From Hellea sp. (GTDB lineage: Bacteria; Pseudomonadota; Alphaproteobacteria; Caulobacterales; Maricaulaceae): a stretch of DNA of 64,000 nucleotides. The translations under genes were made by a program, and so were the position numbers. Positions within the stretch are counted from its first letter, which is position 1. Each line of letters opens with the position of its first letter. A model generated the notes under the pieces. That model had not been told where the DNA came from. It saw only the letters and a program-made list of their open reading frames with translations, and made no database searches. Shown here in pieces: positions 1 to 9,360 of the stretch. The stretch spans positions 1,980 to 65,979 of the forward strand of contig JAHDDT010000002.1 of the NCBI GenBank assembly GCA_020629195.1, given 5' to 3'.

Positions 1-357
1 GCGCTCGGCGCTTTGGCGGAGTCGATGCAAGACGCGCAGACGTTGACGACACCTATTATGTTTGTGCTGATGGGGGCTGTCTTCATTGTGCCGATTGGCC
101 TGACAACACCTGATAGCCCGCTCTTGATTTTCGCGAGTTGGTTCCCGCTCTCTTCACCCTTCGCAATGTTGATGCGATTGCCAGCTGACCCGCCTTTATG
201 GCAGCTTGTTGCTTCTGTTGGACTTTTGGCGGCCACAACATTGGGTGTTATCTTGCTCTCGGGCCGTATCTTCCGTTTTGGGGTCTTGTCAGGTGCAGGG
301 GTTAAGGTCGCGACGGATTGGTTTAAGCGCAAGATATTACGCCGCAAGGTAACATAG
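1..357 (+). CDS. ABC-2 type transporter permease (NatB/YhaP-like), C-terminal part, truncated by window start
   Basis: Frame open from base 1; hydrophobic helices with SWFPLSSPFAMLMR and GRIFRFGVL typical of ABC-2 permease C-termini. Confidence 0.8.
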   Translation, partial: ALGALAESMQDAQTLTTPIMFVLMGAVFIVPIGLTTPDSPLLIFASWFPLSSPFAMLMRLPADPPLWQLVASVGLLAATTLGVILLSGRIFRFGVLSGAGVKVATDWFKRKILRRKVT

Positions 358-392
358 AAGACAGTCTAAGGTTTTTGCTTTATAATGCATGT

Positions 393-1064
393 ATGACTGA
401 CGCCTCTCATAAAGCCCGTGCTGTAATTCTCGCTGCGATGTTACCGCAAGCCGCCTTTGATGGTTGGACACAAAAGAGTCTGAGAGCGGCCGCCCAAAAC
501 ACAGATCTGCCAAAGGGCGCAGAAGAGCTTTACTTCCCTAACGGGCCGCTAGAGGTCATTCGCTTTTGGTCTGAACAGATGAATGCGAAGGTTGCGGAGG
601 ATTTAGCTGAGCTTAATCAAGACAATATGAAAATTCGCGATAAAGTCACGGCGGGTGTGCTCTCTGCGCTCTATGCGATTGGCCCGCATGAGGAGGCCGC
701 ACGCCGCGCTATGTCGCGTCTTAGCTTGCCTGATGCCTTGGGGCAGGGGCCAAAGCAGCTCTGGTCGGCGGCGGATACAATTTGGCGGGCCATTGGCGAT
801 ACCAGCACGGATGGTAATTATTATTCCAAGCGCACCATACTTGCAGGTGTTATAGCTTCTACATTAACAGTTTGGCTGTCAGATGAAGAACCGCAAAAGC
901 CAAAAGCTCGTAAATTCCTCGAAGCGCGAATCGCAAATGTAATGCGTTTTGAGAAAGCCAAGTGGGATTTCAAAAAACGTACTGCGAATATGCCTAATCC
1001 AGCAGAGGTTTTGGGGGCTTTGCGCTATGGCGGGCGCAAGGGTCGCCGCCGCCGCCGAGGGTAA
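393..1064 (+). CDS. COQ9-family ubiquinone biosynthesis lipid-binding protein
   Basis: AFDGWT, KIRDKV, DTIWRAIGDTSTDGNYYSKR motifs; start placed at ATG 393. Confidence 0.9.
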   Translation: MTDASHKARAVILAAMLPQAAFDGWTQKSLRAAAQNTDLPKGAEELYFPNGPLEVIRFWSEQMNAKVAEDLAELNQDNMKIRDKVTAGVLSALYAIGPHEEAARRAMSRLSLPDALGQGPKQLWSAADTIWRAIGDTSTDGNYYSKRTILAGVIASTLTVWLSDEEPQKPKARKFLEARIANVMRFEKAKWDFKKRTANMPNPAEVLGALRYGGRKGRRRRRG

Positions 1065-1132
1065 GCCCTTCTAAAACCTCTTATTTTTAAAAATATGAGG
1101 ATGAGACGTAAAAAGCCCTTGCGAAACTTTAC

Positions 1133-1179
1133 CCACTACATATTGTGGGCTTAGCAAATCAGTAACCTATATATGGTTG
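1133..1179 (+). promoter_or_regulatory. Tandem NrdR boxes upstream of nrdB
   Basis: ccactacatattgtgg (1133-1148) and aacctatatatggttg (1164-1179) match acaCwAtATaTwGtgt, 31 bp apart; box 1 overlaps a TTGCGA-N16-TATTGT promoter candidate. Confidence 0.85.
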
Positions 1180-1234
1180 ATTTTCACTGACATTAAGAAT
1201 TTACGGGCTGATTCGGGCCTTGAGAGGGATTATC

Positions 1235-2281
1235 ATGGGAAAAATGGACTTCATTAAACAGTCAAAATCGGGCCTTTTGCTTCCGAGCCATAGCTATAAA
1301 CCTTTTCGCTATCCATGGGCGTTTGATTTTTGGAAAAAGCAACAGCAAGTCCATTGGATGCCCGAAGAAGTCCCTCTGGGAGAAGATTGTAAAGATTGGG
1401 CGACGAACCTTAATGATAATGAGCGCAACCTACTGACACAAATTTTCCGTTTCTTTACTCAGTCCGATGTCGAAGTGGGCGGGAATTACATGGAAAATTA
1501 CATGCCGCTCTTTAAGCCTGTCGAAGTGCGGATGATGCTTGCAGCGTTCTCCAATATGGAAACGATTCACATTGCGGCCTACGCGCTTCTGCTTGAAACC
1601 ATTGGTATGCCCGATTCAGAATTTGGCGCCTTCATGGAATATGAAGAGATGGCGGCCAAACATGATTATCTCGGTAAATTTGGTGTCGGCAGTGAGAAGG
1701 ATATTCTGACTTCCATGGCGGTCTTTGGCGGCTTTACCGAAGGGCTACAGCTTTTTGCTTCATTTGCTATGCTAATGAATTTCCCACGCCTGAATAAGAT
1801 GAAAGGCATGGGGCAAATCGTAACTTGGTCTATCCGCGATGAGAGCCTTCATTGCGAGGGCATGATCAAAATGTTCCACACATTCGCCGCAGAGACAGGA
1901 GCGCTGACACAATCTGTTAAAGATGACATTATCGATTGCTGCCAAACGGTTGTGAAACTCGAAGATAAATTTATCGATCTGGCTTTTGAAATGGGCCCTG
2001 TTGAGGGTATGACGTCTGAAGATATTAAACGCTATATTCGTTACATCGCTGATTGGCGTTTAGGTCAGCTTGGCTTACCTCCCGTTTACGGAATTAAACA
2101 TCATCCTCTGCCTTGGCTGACGGAAATTCTCAATGGCGTTGAGCATGCCAATTTCTTTGAAGCGCGTGCAACGGAATATTCCAAAGGCGCCACCGAAGGA
2201 AAATGGCACGGCGATGATGGTGTTTGGGGTAAGTTTGAACAAATGCAAAGCCGTAAGCCCGCTGAGAATTTGATGAATTAA
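1235..2281 (+). CDS. nrdB: Class Ia ribonucleotide reductase beta subunit
   Basis: HWMPEEV, FFTQSD, ETIHIAAY, EGLQLFASF, RDESLH, NFFE..ATEY; RBS GAGGG before ATG 1235. Confidence 0.97.
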   Translation: MGKMDFIKQSKSGLLLPSHSYKPFRYPWAFDFWKKQQQVHWMPEEVPLGEDCKDWATNLNDNERNLLTQIFRFFTQSDVEVGGNYMENYMPLFKPVEVRMMLAAFSNMETIHIAAYALLLETIGMPDSEFGAFMEYEEMAAKHDYLGKFGVGSEKDILTSMAVFGGFTEGLQLFASFAMLMNFPRLNKMKGMGQIVTWSIRDESLHCEGMIKMFHTFAAETGALTQSVKDDIIDCCQTVVKLEDKFIDLAFEMGPVEGMTSEDIKRYIRYIADWRLGQLGLPPVYGIKHHPLPWLTEILNGVEHANFFEARATEYSKGATEGKWHGDDGVWGKFEQMQSRKPAENLMN

Positions 2282-2302
2282 ATACACCAAAATTATTTTA
2301 TG

Positions 2303-2341
2303 AGGCGTCCTTTACGTGAAATCGTAGAGGGCGCCTTTTTT
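2303..2341 (+). terminator. Rho-independent terminator after nrdB
   Basis: aggcgtcctttacg-tgaaat-cgtagagggcgcct followed by a T run. Confidence 0.85.
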
Positions 2342-2375
2342 GTATAAATGTTTTGAAGCTATGTTATAGGACCTC

Positions 2376-3155
2376 ATGGATAATCGCATAAAAAAATTCG
2401 AAACTATTTTTAATTTCCGCGATTTTGGCGGTTATCAAACAATGGATGGCGGAAAGATAAAAGCAAATAAGCTCTTTAGATCCGCTCACCTTCACAACAC
2501 AAATGAGGCTGACAAAGCGCGCTTAGCTGAGCTTGATATTAGCTTGATAGTAGATCTGCGGCATGCGCCTGAACGTGAGCGCCAGCCGACCAATTGGCCT
2601 GAGAACCATACGCCGCGACGTTTAAGCTATCCAGACCCCGTTGATGGCGAGAGCGCGAAGGTCGCGCCCCATGAAGCCTTTATGAAACATGATCTACATA
2701 AACCTGAAGATGCGCGTAATTATATGATTGGCTCCTATGGGGCCCGTCCTCACGATACTGGCTTTAAGCAAATTTTTGGCGATACGCTCCGTCATATGGC
2801 TGAAACAGGTGAGCCTATTCTTGTGCATTGCGCAGCAGGCAAAGACCGTACGGGGACGCTCTGCGCTGTGATTAAAGGCGCGCTCGGCGTGGATGAAAAA
2901 ACCATCTATGAAGATTTCATGCTGACCATGACGGCGGTGGACATTGACAGCTTCCTCGCCCCTGCCGCTCAAATGTTCACGCAGCGCTATGGCCGTGCTA
3001 TTGACCCTGAAGCTATCCGCCCCATGTTTGGCGTCGAGGAAGCCTATCTGCAAAGCTCGCTCGACGCGATTGCGGACGTGCAGAGCTATATCCATGACCA
3101 TCTGGGCATTACGGACAAAGAAAAAGCCGCTCTAAAAGCGGCTTATTTAGAATAG
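2376..3155 (+). CDS. Tyrosine/lipid phosphatase (Y_phosphatase3, IphP/PtpB-like)
   Basis: NFRDFGGY, LFRSA, DLR, P-loop HCAAGKDRTG. Confidence 0.92.
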   Translation: MDNRIKKFETIFNFRDFGGYQTMDGGKIKANKLFRSAHLHNTNEADKARLAELDISLIVDLRHAPERERQPTNWPENHTPRRLSYPDPVDGESAKVAPHEAFMKHDLHKPEDARNYMIGSYGARPHDTGFKQIFGDTLRHMAETGEPILVHCAAGKDRTGTLCAVIKGALGVDEKTIYEDFMLTMTAVDIDSFLAPAAQMFTQRYGRAIDPEAIRPMFGVEEAYLQSSLDAIADVQSYIHDHLGITDKEKAALKAAYLE

Positions 3156-3171
3156 TTTTTATAAAACCTGT

Positions 3172-3831
3172 TTAGCTGACATTTCCATTTGCGGAGCAAC
3201 TTGGTTTCCCAGATGCGAATACGCAGCTATATTGGTTTGAAGGCGTTCCGCTGCCATTGTCCTCAATGTCGACATTGGCAGACTTTCTCGGCTTCAGCAT
3301 AAAGGTTTCCTTTAAATCAAAATCAGATTCCATATAGCGTAATTTCAAGGGTTCATAGCTGTAAATGACCCGCGCAACTACAATTCCCGAGGTGCTGCTA
3401 AGAATACGATCATCTAATTTACTAGCATCAAATGTTGTCGGAAAAGGACCGTTAAGCGTGGCCCGACCCTTTTGTATAATACTGTCATCAGACGCTCTTG
3501 CGTAGCTTGAAATTTCTATTTTAACCTTACTTCTTTTGTCTGATGGGATGCCCATTGTCATCATAGTCGCTGTCATTATTTCTGACATTTCATCAACAGA
3601 GACAGTTTCTGATTGAGTTGCTAAGTCACCGGCCACATTGGCAGAATGTGAAATCTGCCGGTCAATAGATATAGCAGTTGCGACTTCAGCCATGCCAAAA
3701 TACATGAAAAGCATAACGGGCGCTATAAATGCGAATTCAATCGCTGCAATACCGTCTTTATTTCTTAGGAAATTTAACGGTAGTGACGCTAGCAAGGTTT
3801 TTTTGAGTGGTCTGTTTTTTTTCTGTGTCAT
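3172..3831 (-). CDS. TadE/TadG-family pseudopilin (CpaK-like)
   Basis: DG-IAAIEFAFIAP prepilin motif; GGAG 7 nt before ATG 3831; adjacent to the Cpa cluster. Confidence 0.85.
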   Translation of the reverse strand: MTQKKNRPLKKTLLASLPLNFLRNKDGIAAIEFAFIAPVMLFMYFGMAEVATAISIDRQISHSANVAGDLATQSETVSVDEMSEIMTATMMTMGIPSDKRSKVKIEISSYARASDDSIIQKGRATLNGPFPTTFDASKLDDRILSSTSGIVVARVIYSYEPLKLRYMESDFDLKETFMLKPRKSANVDIEDNGSGTPSNQYSCVFASGKPSCSANGNVS

Positions 3832-3848
3832 TATTGGCTCCATCCTTA

Positions 3849-4445
3849 TTATGTTACAGGGCAAGCGCCAGGTGCCGGAAAGGGCTCATTCTTGAAAGCT
3901 GTTGTTGCATTTAACAACCGGATACCAGAGCCTCGAACATTTTCTAAACGTGTCAATTGAGGTGGCAAAACCAATTTATGGTAATAAAGGCCTCTTATAA
4001 CAACGGGTGCGTTCGCGCCTGTATCAACCCAATCACCGTTAGGTACATCATCTGTTGAGCTAGGATCAGAGGGATCTTTTTCAGGGGGCTTAGGAGGGTC
4101 CGAAAGTGTTATGCTTCCGAAATTACTTCCGCTGACCACATCAATGCGAAGTCGCTTTTCGCAATTGCCGAGGCCGCGCATGTTATTACAAACCAGTTTT
4201 TTAAAATTATCTTGGGTTCCACAAGCCTGAAAGTTTCCAGTTCTTATTTGGCGTCCAGCTTCACTTACAGAGTGAGTTAGTGTAGAATTAATAAAAAAGA
4301 CAATCGCGAGTTCGAGAATTGCGAACAACAGCATAAAAAATGGGATTGCTAGAATAGCAAACTCAATGGCCGCTGTGCCTTCGCGATTTCCAAAAAAGCG
4401 CTTTGCTCGCTTGAGGGCCCTATTTCTTAAACGTGCCATATTCAA
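3849..4445 (-). CDS. tadE: TadE-family pseudopilin (CpaJ-like)
   Basis: EG-TAAIEFAILAIPFF, AGRQIRTG, C-terminal FKNEPF. Confidence 0.9.
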   Translation of the reverse strand: MNMARLRNRALKRAKRFFGNREGTAAIEFAILAIPFFMLLFAILELAIVFFINSTLTHSVSEAGRQIRTGNFQACGTQDNFKKLVCNNMRGLGNCEKRLRIDVVSGSNFGSITLSDPPKPPEKDPSDPSSTDDVPNGDWVDTGANAPVVIRGLYYHKLVLPPQLTRLENVRGSGIRLLNATTAFKNEPFPAPGACPVT

Positions 4446-4507
4446 TTCCCATATCTACGAAGCCATAGAATAGAGAGAAGGGCCTTAATTTTTCGAGAAG
4501 AAAAATC

Positions 4508-4523
4508 GTTAATATTAAGTAAA
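4508..4523 (-). promoter_or_regulatory. CtrA-like box upstream of the tadE genes
   Basis: Minus strand TTTA-N7-TTAAC. Confidence 0.5.
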
Positions 4524-4528
4524 TATAC

Positions 4529-5107
4529 CTACATACCCGGGGGTGCAATATTGTTTGGAGGCCCTGACGGTGCGCCAGTTAAGCTAGTTTGGGTTCGCAT
4601 AGCAGAAGGTGACGCTCCTACTGGTCCCGGTGTGAAGGATTGTGTAGGTGCGCTTGTCGCAACATTGTTATTAATTGCTGTTCCGCCGCCTTGATTGGCT
4701 GCAATAAATTCTCGCGTGTCGCCGAGCACAGGAGCCGGCTGGCAATATGGAGCGCAACTGTAAGTTTCCCGTTCTTTGCCATTATAAATCCTGACGCCGT
4801 GTGAAGGTAGATTGTTGACGACCTGAATGTCAGCGTCCATGATTTTCTGGCCTGCTGCATCTAGAATGACCAAATTAGTTTCGCCATATCCGCGTCCTAC
4901 AACAAATATTGTGTTAGCAGAATGGATCGAGACATCAGCTATTTCGGGATTGCCAATTACCACTGCACCTGCACTTGTAGGGAGGTAAACCACTTCTGTC
5001 TTATTAAGTTCAACACTATAGTGACTCGCTGTACCCGCATGAGCGGTTAACGGCGTAAAAGTCATAACACTTAGGGTTAGAAGGGTTTTTAGCGACATAA
5101 ATCTCAT
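4529..5107 (-). CDS. Pilus assembly protein with secretin-like N-terminal domain (CpaI-like)
   Basis: Signal peptide; VVIGNPEIADV, GRGYGETNLVILD, RETYSCAPYCQP. Confidence 0.85.
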   Translation of the reverse strand: MRFMSLKTLLTLSVMTFTPLTAHAGTASHYSVELNKTEVVYLPTSAGAVVIGNPEIADVSIHSANTIFVVGRGYGETNLVILDAAGQKIMDADIQVVNNLPSHGVRIYNGKERETYSCAPYCQPAPVLGDTREFIAANQGGGTAINNNVATSAPTQSFTPGPVGASPSAMRTQTSLTGAPSGPPNNIAPPGM

Positions 5108-5257
5108 CGGACATACTCCAGTATTTTGTTCGGTTTAGGGGAATGTGGTGAACGAAGAGTTTACAAAATAGGCGAAAATCGCAAATTGAGGGCATTTATA
5201 GGCTTTATAATAGGCGAGACACTTTCATGCCTTTATCATCAGAAAACAAAAATAACT

Positions 5258-5296
5258 TTTACCGAAAGTTTACCACGTTGCTTAAATGGATAGTAA
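5258..5296 (+). promoter_or_regulatory. Degenerate CtrA-like sites upstream of the pilin gene
   Basis: TTAC-N7-TTACC (5259-5274) and TTAA-N7-GTAA (5282-5296); pilA is a known CtrA target in Caulobacter. Confidence 0.45.
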
Positions 5297-5386
5297 TCTG
5301 CTGTCTCTATACCCAGTCATAACAGGGATAACCCTGCTAATGAGGAATAATCCTCAATTATAAACTAGCATACGTGGGAGTCAGTT

Positions 5387-5575
5387 ATGCAAAATTTAGT
5401 TACTCGTTTTATTAAAGACGAATCCGGTGCAACAGCCATTGAATATGGTCTAATTGCAGCTCTTATCTCAGTCGCTCTTATCGCTGGCGCTCGCGCTATC
5501 GGTACTGGCCTTGACGAGAAGTTTACTGCCGTATCTACAGCTATCTCAGGTGAGTCTGTAAATACTGGTGAGTAA
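5387..5575 (+). CDS. pilA: Flp/PilA type IVb pilin
   Basis: FIKDESG-ATAIEYGLIAALI Flp motif; RBS GGGAG. Confidence 0.97.
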   Translation: MQNLVTRFIKDESGATAIEYGLIAALISVALIAGARAIGTGLDEKFTAVSTAISGESVNTGE

Positions 5576-5600
5576 TTCGATCTAATCGAATTATAAGATT

Positions 5601-5631
5601 GAGCCGCGTCTTCTGACGCGGCTTTTTTTTT
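5601..5631 (+). terminator. Rho-independent terminator after pilA
   Basis: agccgcgtc-ttct-gacgcggct followed by a long T run. Confidence 0.92.
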
Positions 5632-5709
5632 GCTTAAAATTGTGAAGTGAAACTCAACATTAACCATAGCTTGGTAGCAGAAGCTCTGAATTGCAGGAGC
5701 TTAACACTT

Positions 5710-6216
5710 ATGTTGCTAACTTTTTTTATCGTCATGGTCTTTGCGGGCACTATGTTGACCGCCGCTGCGAAAGACGCAACCTCCATGACAATACCAAACT
5801 GGATCAGCCTTGCTGTGATTGCGGGCTTTATAATTGTGACGCCCTTCATATGGGACAGTTGGAGTGTGCTATCTCAACACCTTCTCGTGGGATTGACATT
5901 CTTTGCTGTAGGGTTCGCAATGTTTGCTTTTGGTTGGCTTGGCGGGGGCGATGCAAAGTTAATGGCCGCGACTGCCCTCTGGTGGCAATGGGACGATGCC
6001 GCATTATACGTCATTTACACAACTTTTTTAGGAGGCGTTTTGGCCCTTTTATTAGTTTTTGGCCGTAAATATATTCCTGAGCGGCTTTTGACAGCACAGT
6101 GGGCCCATCATTTATTTCGTGACGAGAAAAAAATGCCTTACGGCTTGGCTCTAGCTGGTGGCGCTCTACTAACGCTACCCAAAAGCGATATCTTCCTCAG
6201 ATCAGTAGGATTTTAA
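5710..6216 (+). CDS. cpaA: Prepilin peptidase (A24)
   Basis: AAKD...IPNW, GGGDAKL, MPYGLAL; RBS CAGGAG. Confidence 0.93.
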   Translation: MLLTFFIVMVFAGTMLTAAAKDATSMTIPNWISLAVIAGFIIVTPFIWDSWSVLSQHLLVGLTFFAVGFAMFAFGWLGGGDAKLMAATALWWQWDDAALYVIYTTFLGGVLALLLVFGRKYIPERLLTAQWAHHLFRDEKKMPYGLALAGGALLTLPKSDIFLRSVGF

Positions 6217-6264
6217 GAATTATCACAGGGCGTTAACACTTTTTTTGCATGCAGTACCTAAATA

Positions 6265-6280
6265 TTAACCATGCTTTATC
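6265..6280 (+). promoter_or_regulatory. CtrA-like box upstream of cpaB
   Basis: TTAA-CCATGCT-TTAT. Confidence 0.45.
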
Positions 6281-6325
6281 AAATCAGTCCCTAATAATGA
6301 GGGAAATAAGGCTTAGTGAGGGATA

Positions 6326-7168
6326 ATGGATACCAAGAGACTTATACTTATCGCAGGTCTTGGCCTCGCAGCCGTTGTGGTTTTTACCCAAGCCAAGAAG
6401 CTTGGGGCGCCTGCGCCTGTTGCCCCTGTCAAAGCGGCGGCTCCAATTATACAAAAAGTTGAGTATGTGAAGGTTCTAGTGGCGGCACAAAACCTTCCGC
6501 TTGGCTCTCGTTTGGGGGAAGCGGCCTTTGAATGGAAAAAATGGCCAGCTGAAGCCGTAAGCCCGGCTTTCATTTCTAACGATTTACGTCCGAACGCGGA
6601 TTCTGAACTCTTAAATTCTATTGTCCGCTCACCTATTGTCGTGGGAGAACCTATAAACGAAGGCAAACTTGTTAAGGCTGGTGGATCTGGCGTTATGGCG
6701 GCTCTTCTTAAGCCTGGAATGCGTGCTGTCACAACCAGAATATCAGTAGATACAGCGGCGGGCGGTTTTATTCAGCCTGGCGATCGTGTGGATCTTATAT
6801 TAACCCAAGCTGTGCAACGTAATCGAAATGACGGCAACCAGACGGGAAATCAACGGGTCTATATTTCAGATACTATTTTTGAAAATGTACACGTTCTCGC
6901 CATTGACCAAACATTTTCAACTTCTGCGGAGAGCGGTGCCACAAAAATCGGATCAACAGCGACATTCGAAATGTCACAAGGCGATGCAGAACTTCTACAG
7001 CAAGCTGTAGCAAAAGGTGACCTCACTTTGACGCTTCGTGGAATCAGAAATAGCCGCGCTGTGGCGCCAACAACGGCAACTTTTGACAAAGAGGAAACAG
7101 ACACTCAGTCAATGCTAACCGTTTATCGGGGCGGACAGCCTCAACAAGTTGCGATCAGAGGAAACTAA
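6326..7168 (+). CDS. cpaB: Flp pilus assembly protein CpaB/RcpC
   Basis: SAF domain (VLVAAQNLPLG), PGMRAV, AGGFIQPGDRVD, VLAIDQ. Confidence 0.95.
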   Translation: MDTKRLILIAGLGLAAVVVFTQAKKLGAPAPVAPVKAAAPIIQKVEYVKVLVAAQNLPLGSRLGEAAFEWKKWPAEAVSPAFISNDLRPNADSELLNSIVRSPIVVGEPINEGKLVKAGGSGVMAALLKPGMRAVTTRISVDTAAGGFIQPGDRVDLILTQAVQRNRNDGNQTGNQRVYISDTIFENVHVLAIDQTFSTSAESGATKIGSTATFEMSQGDAELLQQAVAKGDLTLTLRGIRNSRAVAPTTATFDKEETDTQSMLTVYRGGQPQQVAIRGN

Positions 7169-7169
7169 T

Positions 7170-8648
7170 ATGTCAAGCAAGACACTCATGACGCTCGCAT
7201 TAGGGACCGCTGTTACATTTGGCCTCGTGGCATCAACAATATACACGGCTGATGCTGGAACGCGATCTTATTCGCATATCCAATCAGCCTCAGCAGGAAA
7301 TGTGAATATACAATCGCCAGGGCAAAGTTCCAAGAGCCGCTCAATTGTACTACCATATTCAAAATCAACAGTTATTGAATTACCCCAAGACATGATGGAT
7401 GTGATCGTTTCAAATCCAGATATTGTTGAATCAGTTATTCATACATCACACCGCGCCGTCCTTATTGGTAAGCAGCCAGGTCAAACAAATGCGTATTTTT
7501 ACGGTCATGATGGCCAAGAGCTTCTGAGTTTAGATATACGTGTAGAGCGTGATATTAATGGGCTTAAATCTCTGATTTCTCAGCATGTTTCAGATGCCCA
7601 AGTTGATGTTCAAGCCGTTAATAACAATATTTTACTGACAGGATCAGTTCAAAATGCCTCTATGGCTAATCGCGTTGAAAAGCTTGCAATGATGTGGCTT
7701 GATGAAAACACGGCTGGAGGCGCTGAGGGTGAGATTGTCAACCTCATGTCCGTTGAAGGTAAAGATCAAGTCTTACTAAAAGTACGCATTGTTGAGATGC
7801 AACGTTCCGTAACCAAGCAAATGGGAATTAACCTAAACGCTATCGGACAATTAGGGGACTCAACTGTGTCTCTTATCAGTAATGCGGCTTTAAATACGGG
7901 TGCTGGTCTAGACGGTAGCTTTAACTGGAATAATACAGGCGGAGGAAACCTAAGCTCTTTGGGGGCGGGGTTGCAAGCGCTTGAGCGGGTAGGCCTTATT
8001 CGTACGCTTGCAGAACCAACACTGACAGCAATTTCGGGTGAGACAGCAAATTTCCTCTCTGGTGGTGAATTTCCATTGCTTACGGGAGTGTTTGTAGATG
8101 AAAACGGACGTCTTCAGCGTGAATTTGAATTCAAACCCTATGGGGTTGCACTTGGTTTTACACCCGTTGTTTTAAGTGAAGGAAGAATTTCTCTAAATAT
8201 CTCAACTGAAGTCTCAGAACCCACTACTGAGGGAGCTTTTGAAACGGGCGGCTTATCATCTGATATCCTTGGCTTACGCATTCGCCGTGCAAATACGGTT
8301 GTTGAACTTCCAGCGGGTGGAAGCCTCGTGATTGCGGGGCTTATTCGCGAAGAAAGCCGCCAGTCATCAGATGGAGTCCCCGGCGCTAAAGATATACCAG
8401 GTTTTGGAGCGTTATTTAGAAATAGAGATGATTTAAACACGCAAACTGAACTTGTTGTGATGGTTACGCCTTATCTAGTGGATCCAACACACCCTGATAA
8501 ATTACAAACACCGCTTGATGGATATGTCCCAGCAAGTGATCTGGATAATATTTTGCTAGGCAAAATGAATAAAATATATGCAGCCAACGGTAAGCCCAAA
8601 ATCAGCGCTGACTCACTCAGTGGACCCTTTGGTCACGTGGTAGATTAA
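7170..8648 (+). CDS. cpaC: Pilus secretin CpaC/RcpA
   Basis: QVLLKVRIVEM, LAEPTLTAISGETANFLSGGEFP, TELVVMVTPYLV. Confidence 0.96.
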   Translation: MSSKTLMTLALGTAVTFGLVASTIYTADAGTRSYSHIQSASAGNVNIQSPGQSSKSRSIVLPYSKSTVIELPQDMMDVIVSNPDIVESVIHTSHRAVLIGKQPGQTNAYFYGHDGQELLSLDIRVERDINGLKSLISQHVSDAQVDVQAVNNNILLTGSVQNASMANRVEKLAMMWLDENTAGGAEGEIVNLMSVEGKDQVLLKVRIVEMQRSVTKQMGINLNAIGQLGDSTVSLISNAALNTGAGLDGSFNWNNTGGGNLSSLGAGLQALERVGLIRTLAEPTLTAISGETANFLSGGEFPLLTGVFVDENGRLQREFEFKPYGVALGFTPVVLSEGRISLNISTEVSEPTTEGAFETGGLSSDILGLRIRRANTVVELPAGGSLVIAGLIREESRQSSDGVPGAKDIPGFGALFRNRDDLNTQTELVVMVTPYLVDPTHPDKLQTPLDGYVPASDLDNILLGKMNKIYAANGKPKISADSLSGPFGHVVD

Positions 8649-8658
8649 GGAGAGCCTG

Positions 8659-9333
8659 ATGATGAAAAATAAGAGACATCTTGTAAAATCCTTTGGCATT
8701 GCGTTATTGGTAAGCACAGTTAGTGCTTGTTCTACACCATCGACTTCGACGCCTCCGAGCATTTTTAAAAATAAGGTACAAGTGGCGGAATCTATAGAGC
8801 GTCTTGAGCTTTACACGCGGCCAAATGGACTTGAGCTCTCCGCGCGGGATCAAGCGGCAGTGAGTCAATTTTTACAAGCTTATGGACATGGGGGGAACGG
8901 ACCGCTTTATATTAATGTTCCTAGTTCGGCGCAGGCTGGACTTGGCTCACAGCAAGCGCAAGCTCTGATTCGTCAGAACTTATCAGCTATAGGCTTGGGA
9001 GGCGCAGCTGTTCAGACGGGTCAATATCAAACTCCTTATGGAAGTCCTGCACCCGTAGTTGTGTCTTACAGGACACTAAAAACTATCCCTCAGGATTGCC
9101 GCCATTTAGGCGACATGACAGATACATTTGCGAATCAACCTTATGATAATTTTGGATGTTTCCACACAGCAAATTTGGCCGCAATGATTGGCGATCCGCG
9201 CCAGTTATTAGAACCTTATGCCATGACTATTCCTGACTCTCAGAGACGTCAGACAGTTTATGATAAATACATAAAAGGCGAGAACACCGCCTCTGCACAA
9301 CCCGACAGACAACAAGTTTCTGTAGAAGACTAA
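8659..9333 (+). CDS. cpaD: Pilus assembly lipoprotein CpaD
   Basis: Lipobox VSAC; NFGC...NLAAMIGDPRQL; position in operon. Confidence 0.92.
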   Translation: MMKNKRHLVKSFGIALLVSTVSACSTPSTSTPPSIFKNKVQVAESIERLELYTRPNGLELSARDQAAVSQFLQAYGHGGNGPLYINVPSSAQAGLGSQQAQALIRQNLSAIGLGGAAVQTGQYQTPYGSPAPVVVSYRTLKTIPQDCRHLGDMTDTFANQPYDNFGCFHTANLAAMIGDPRQLLEPYAMTIPDSQRRQTVYDKYIKGENTASAQPDRQQVSVED

Positions 9334-9360
9334 GCCTTTTTGAGTGACGGACCGAACCGG

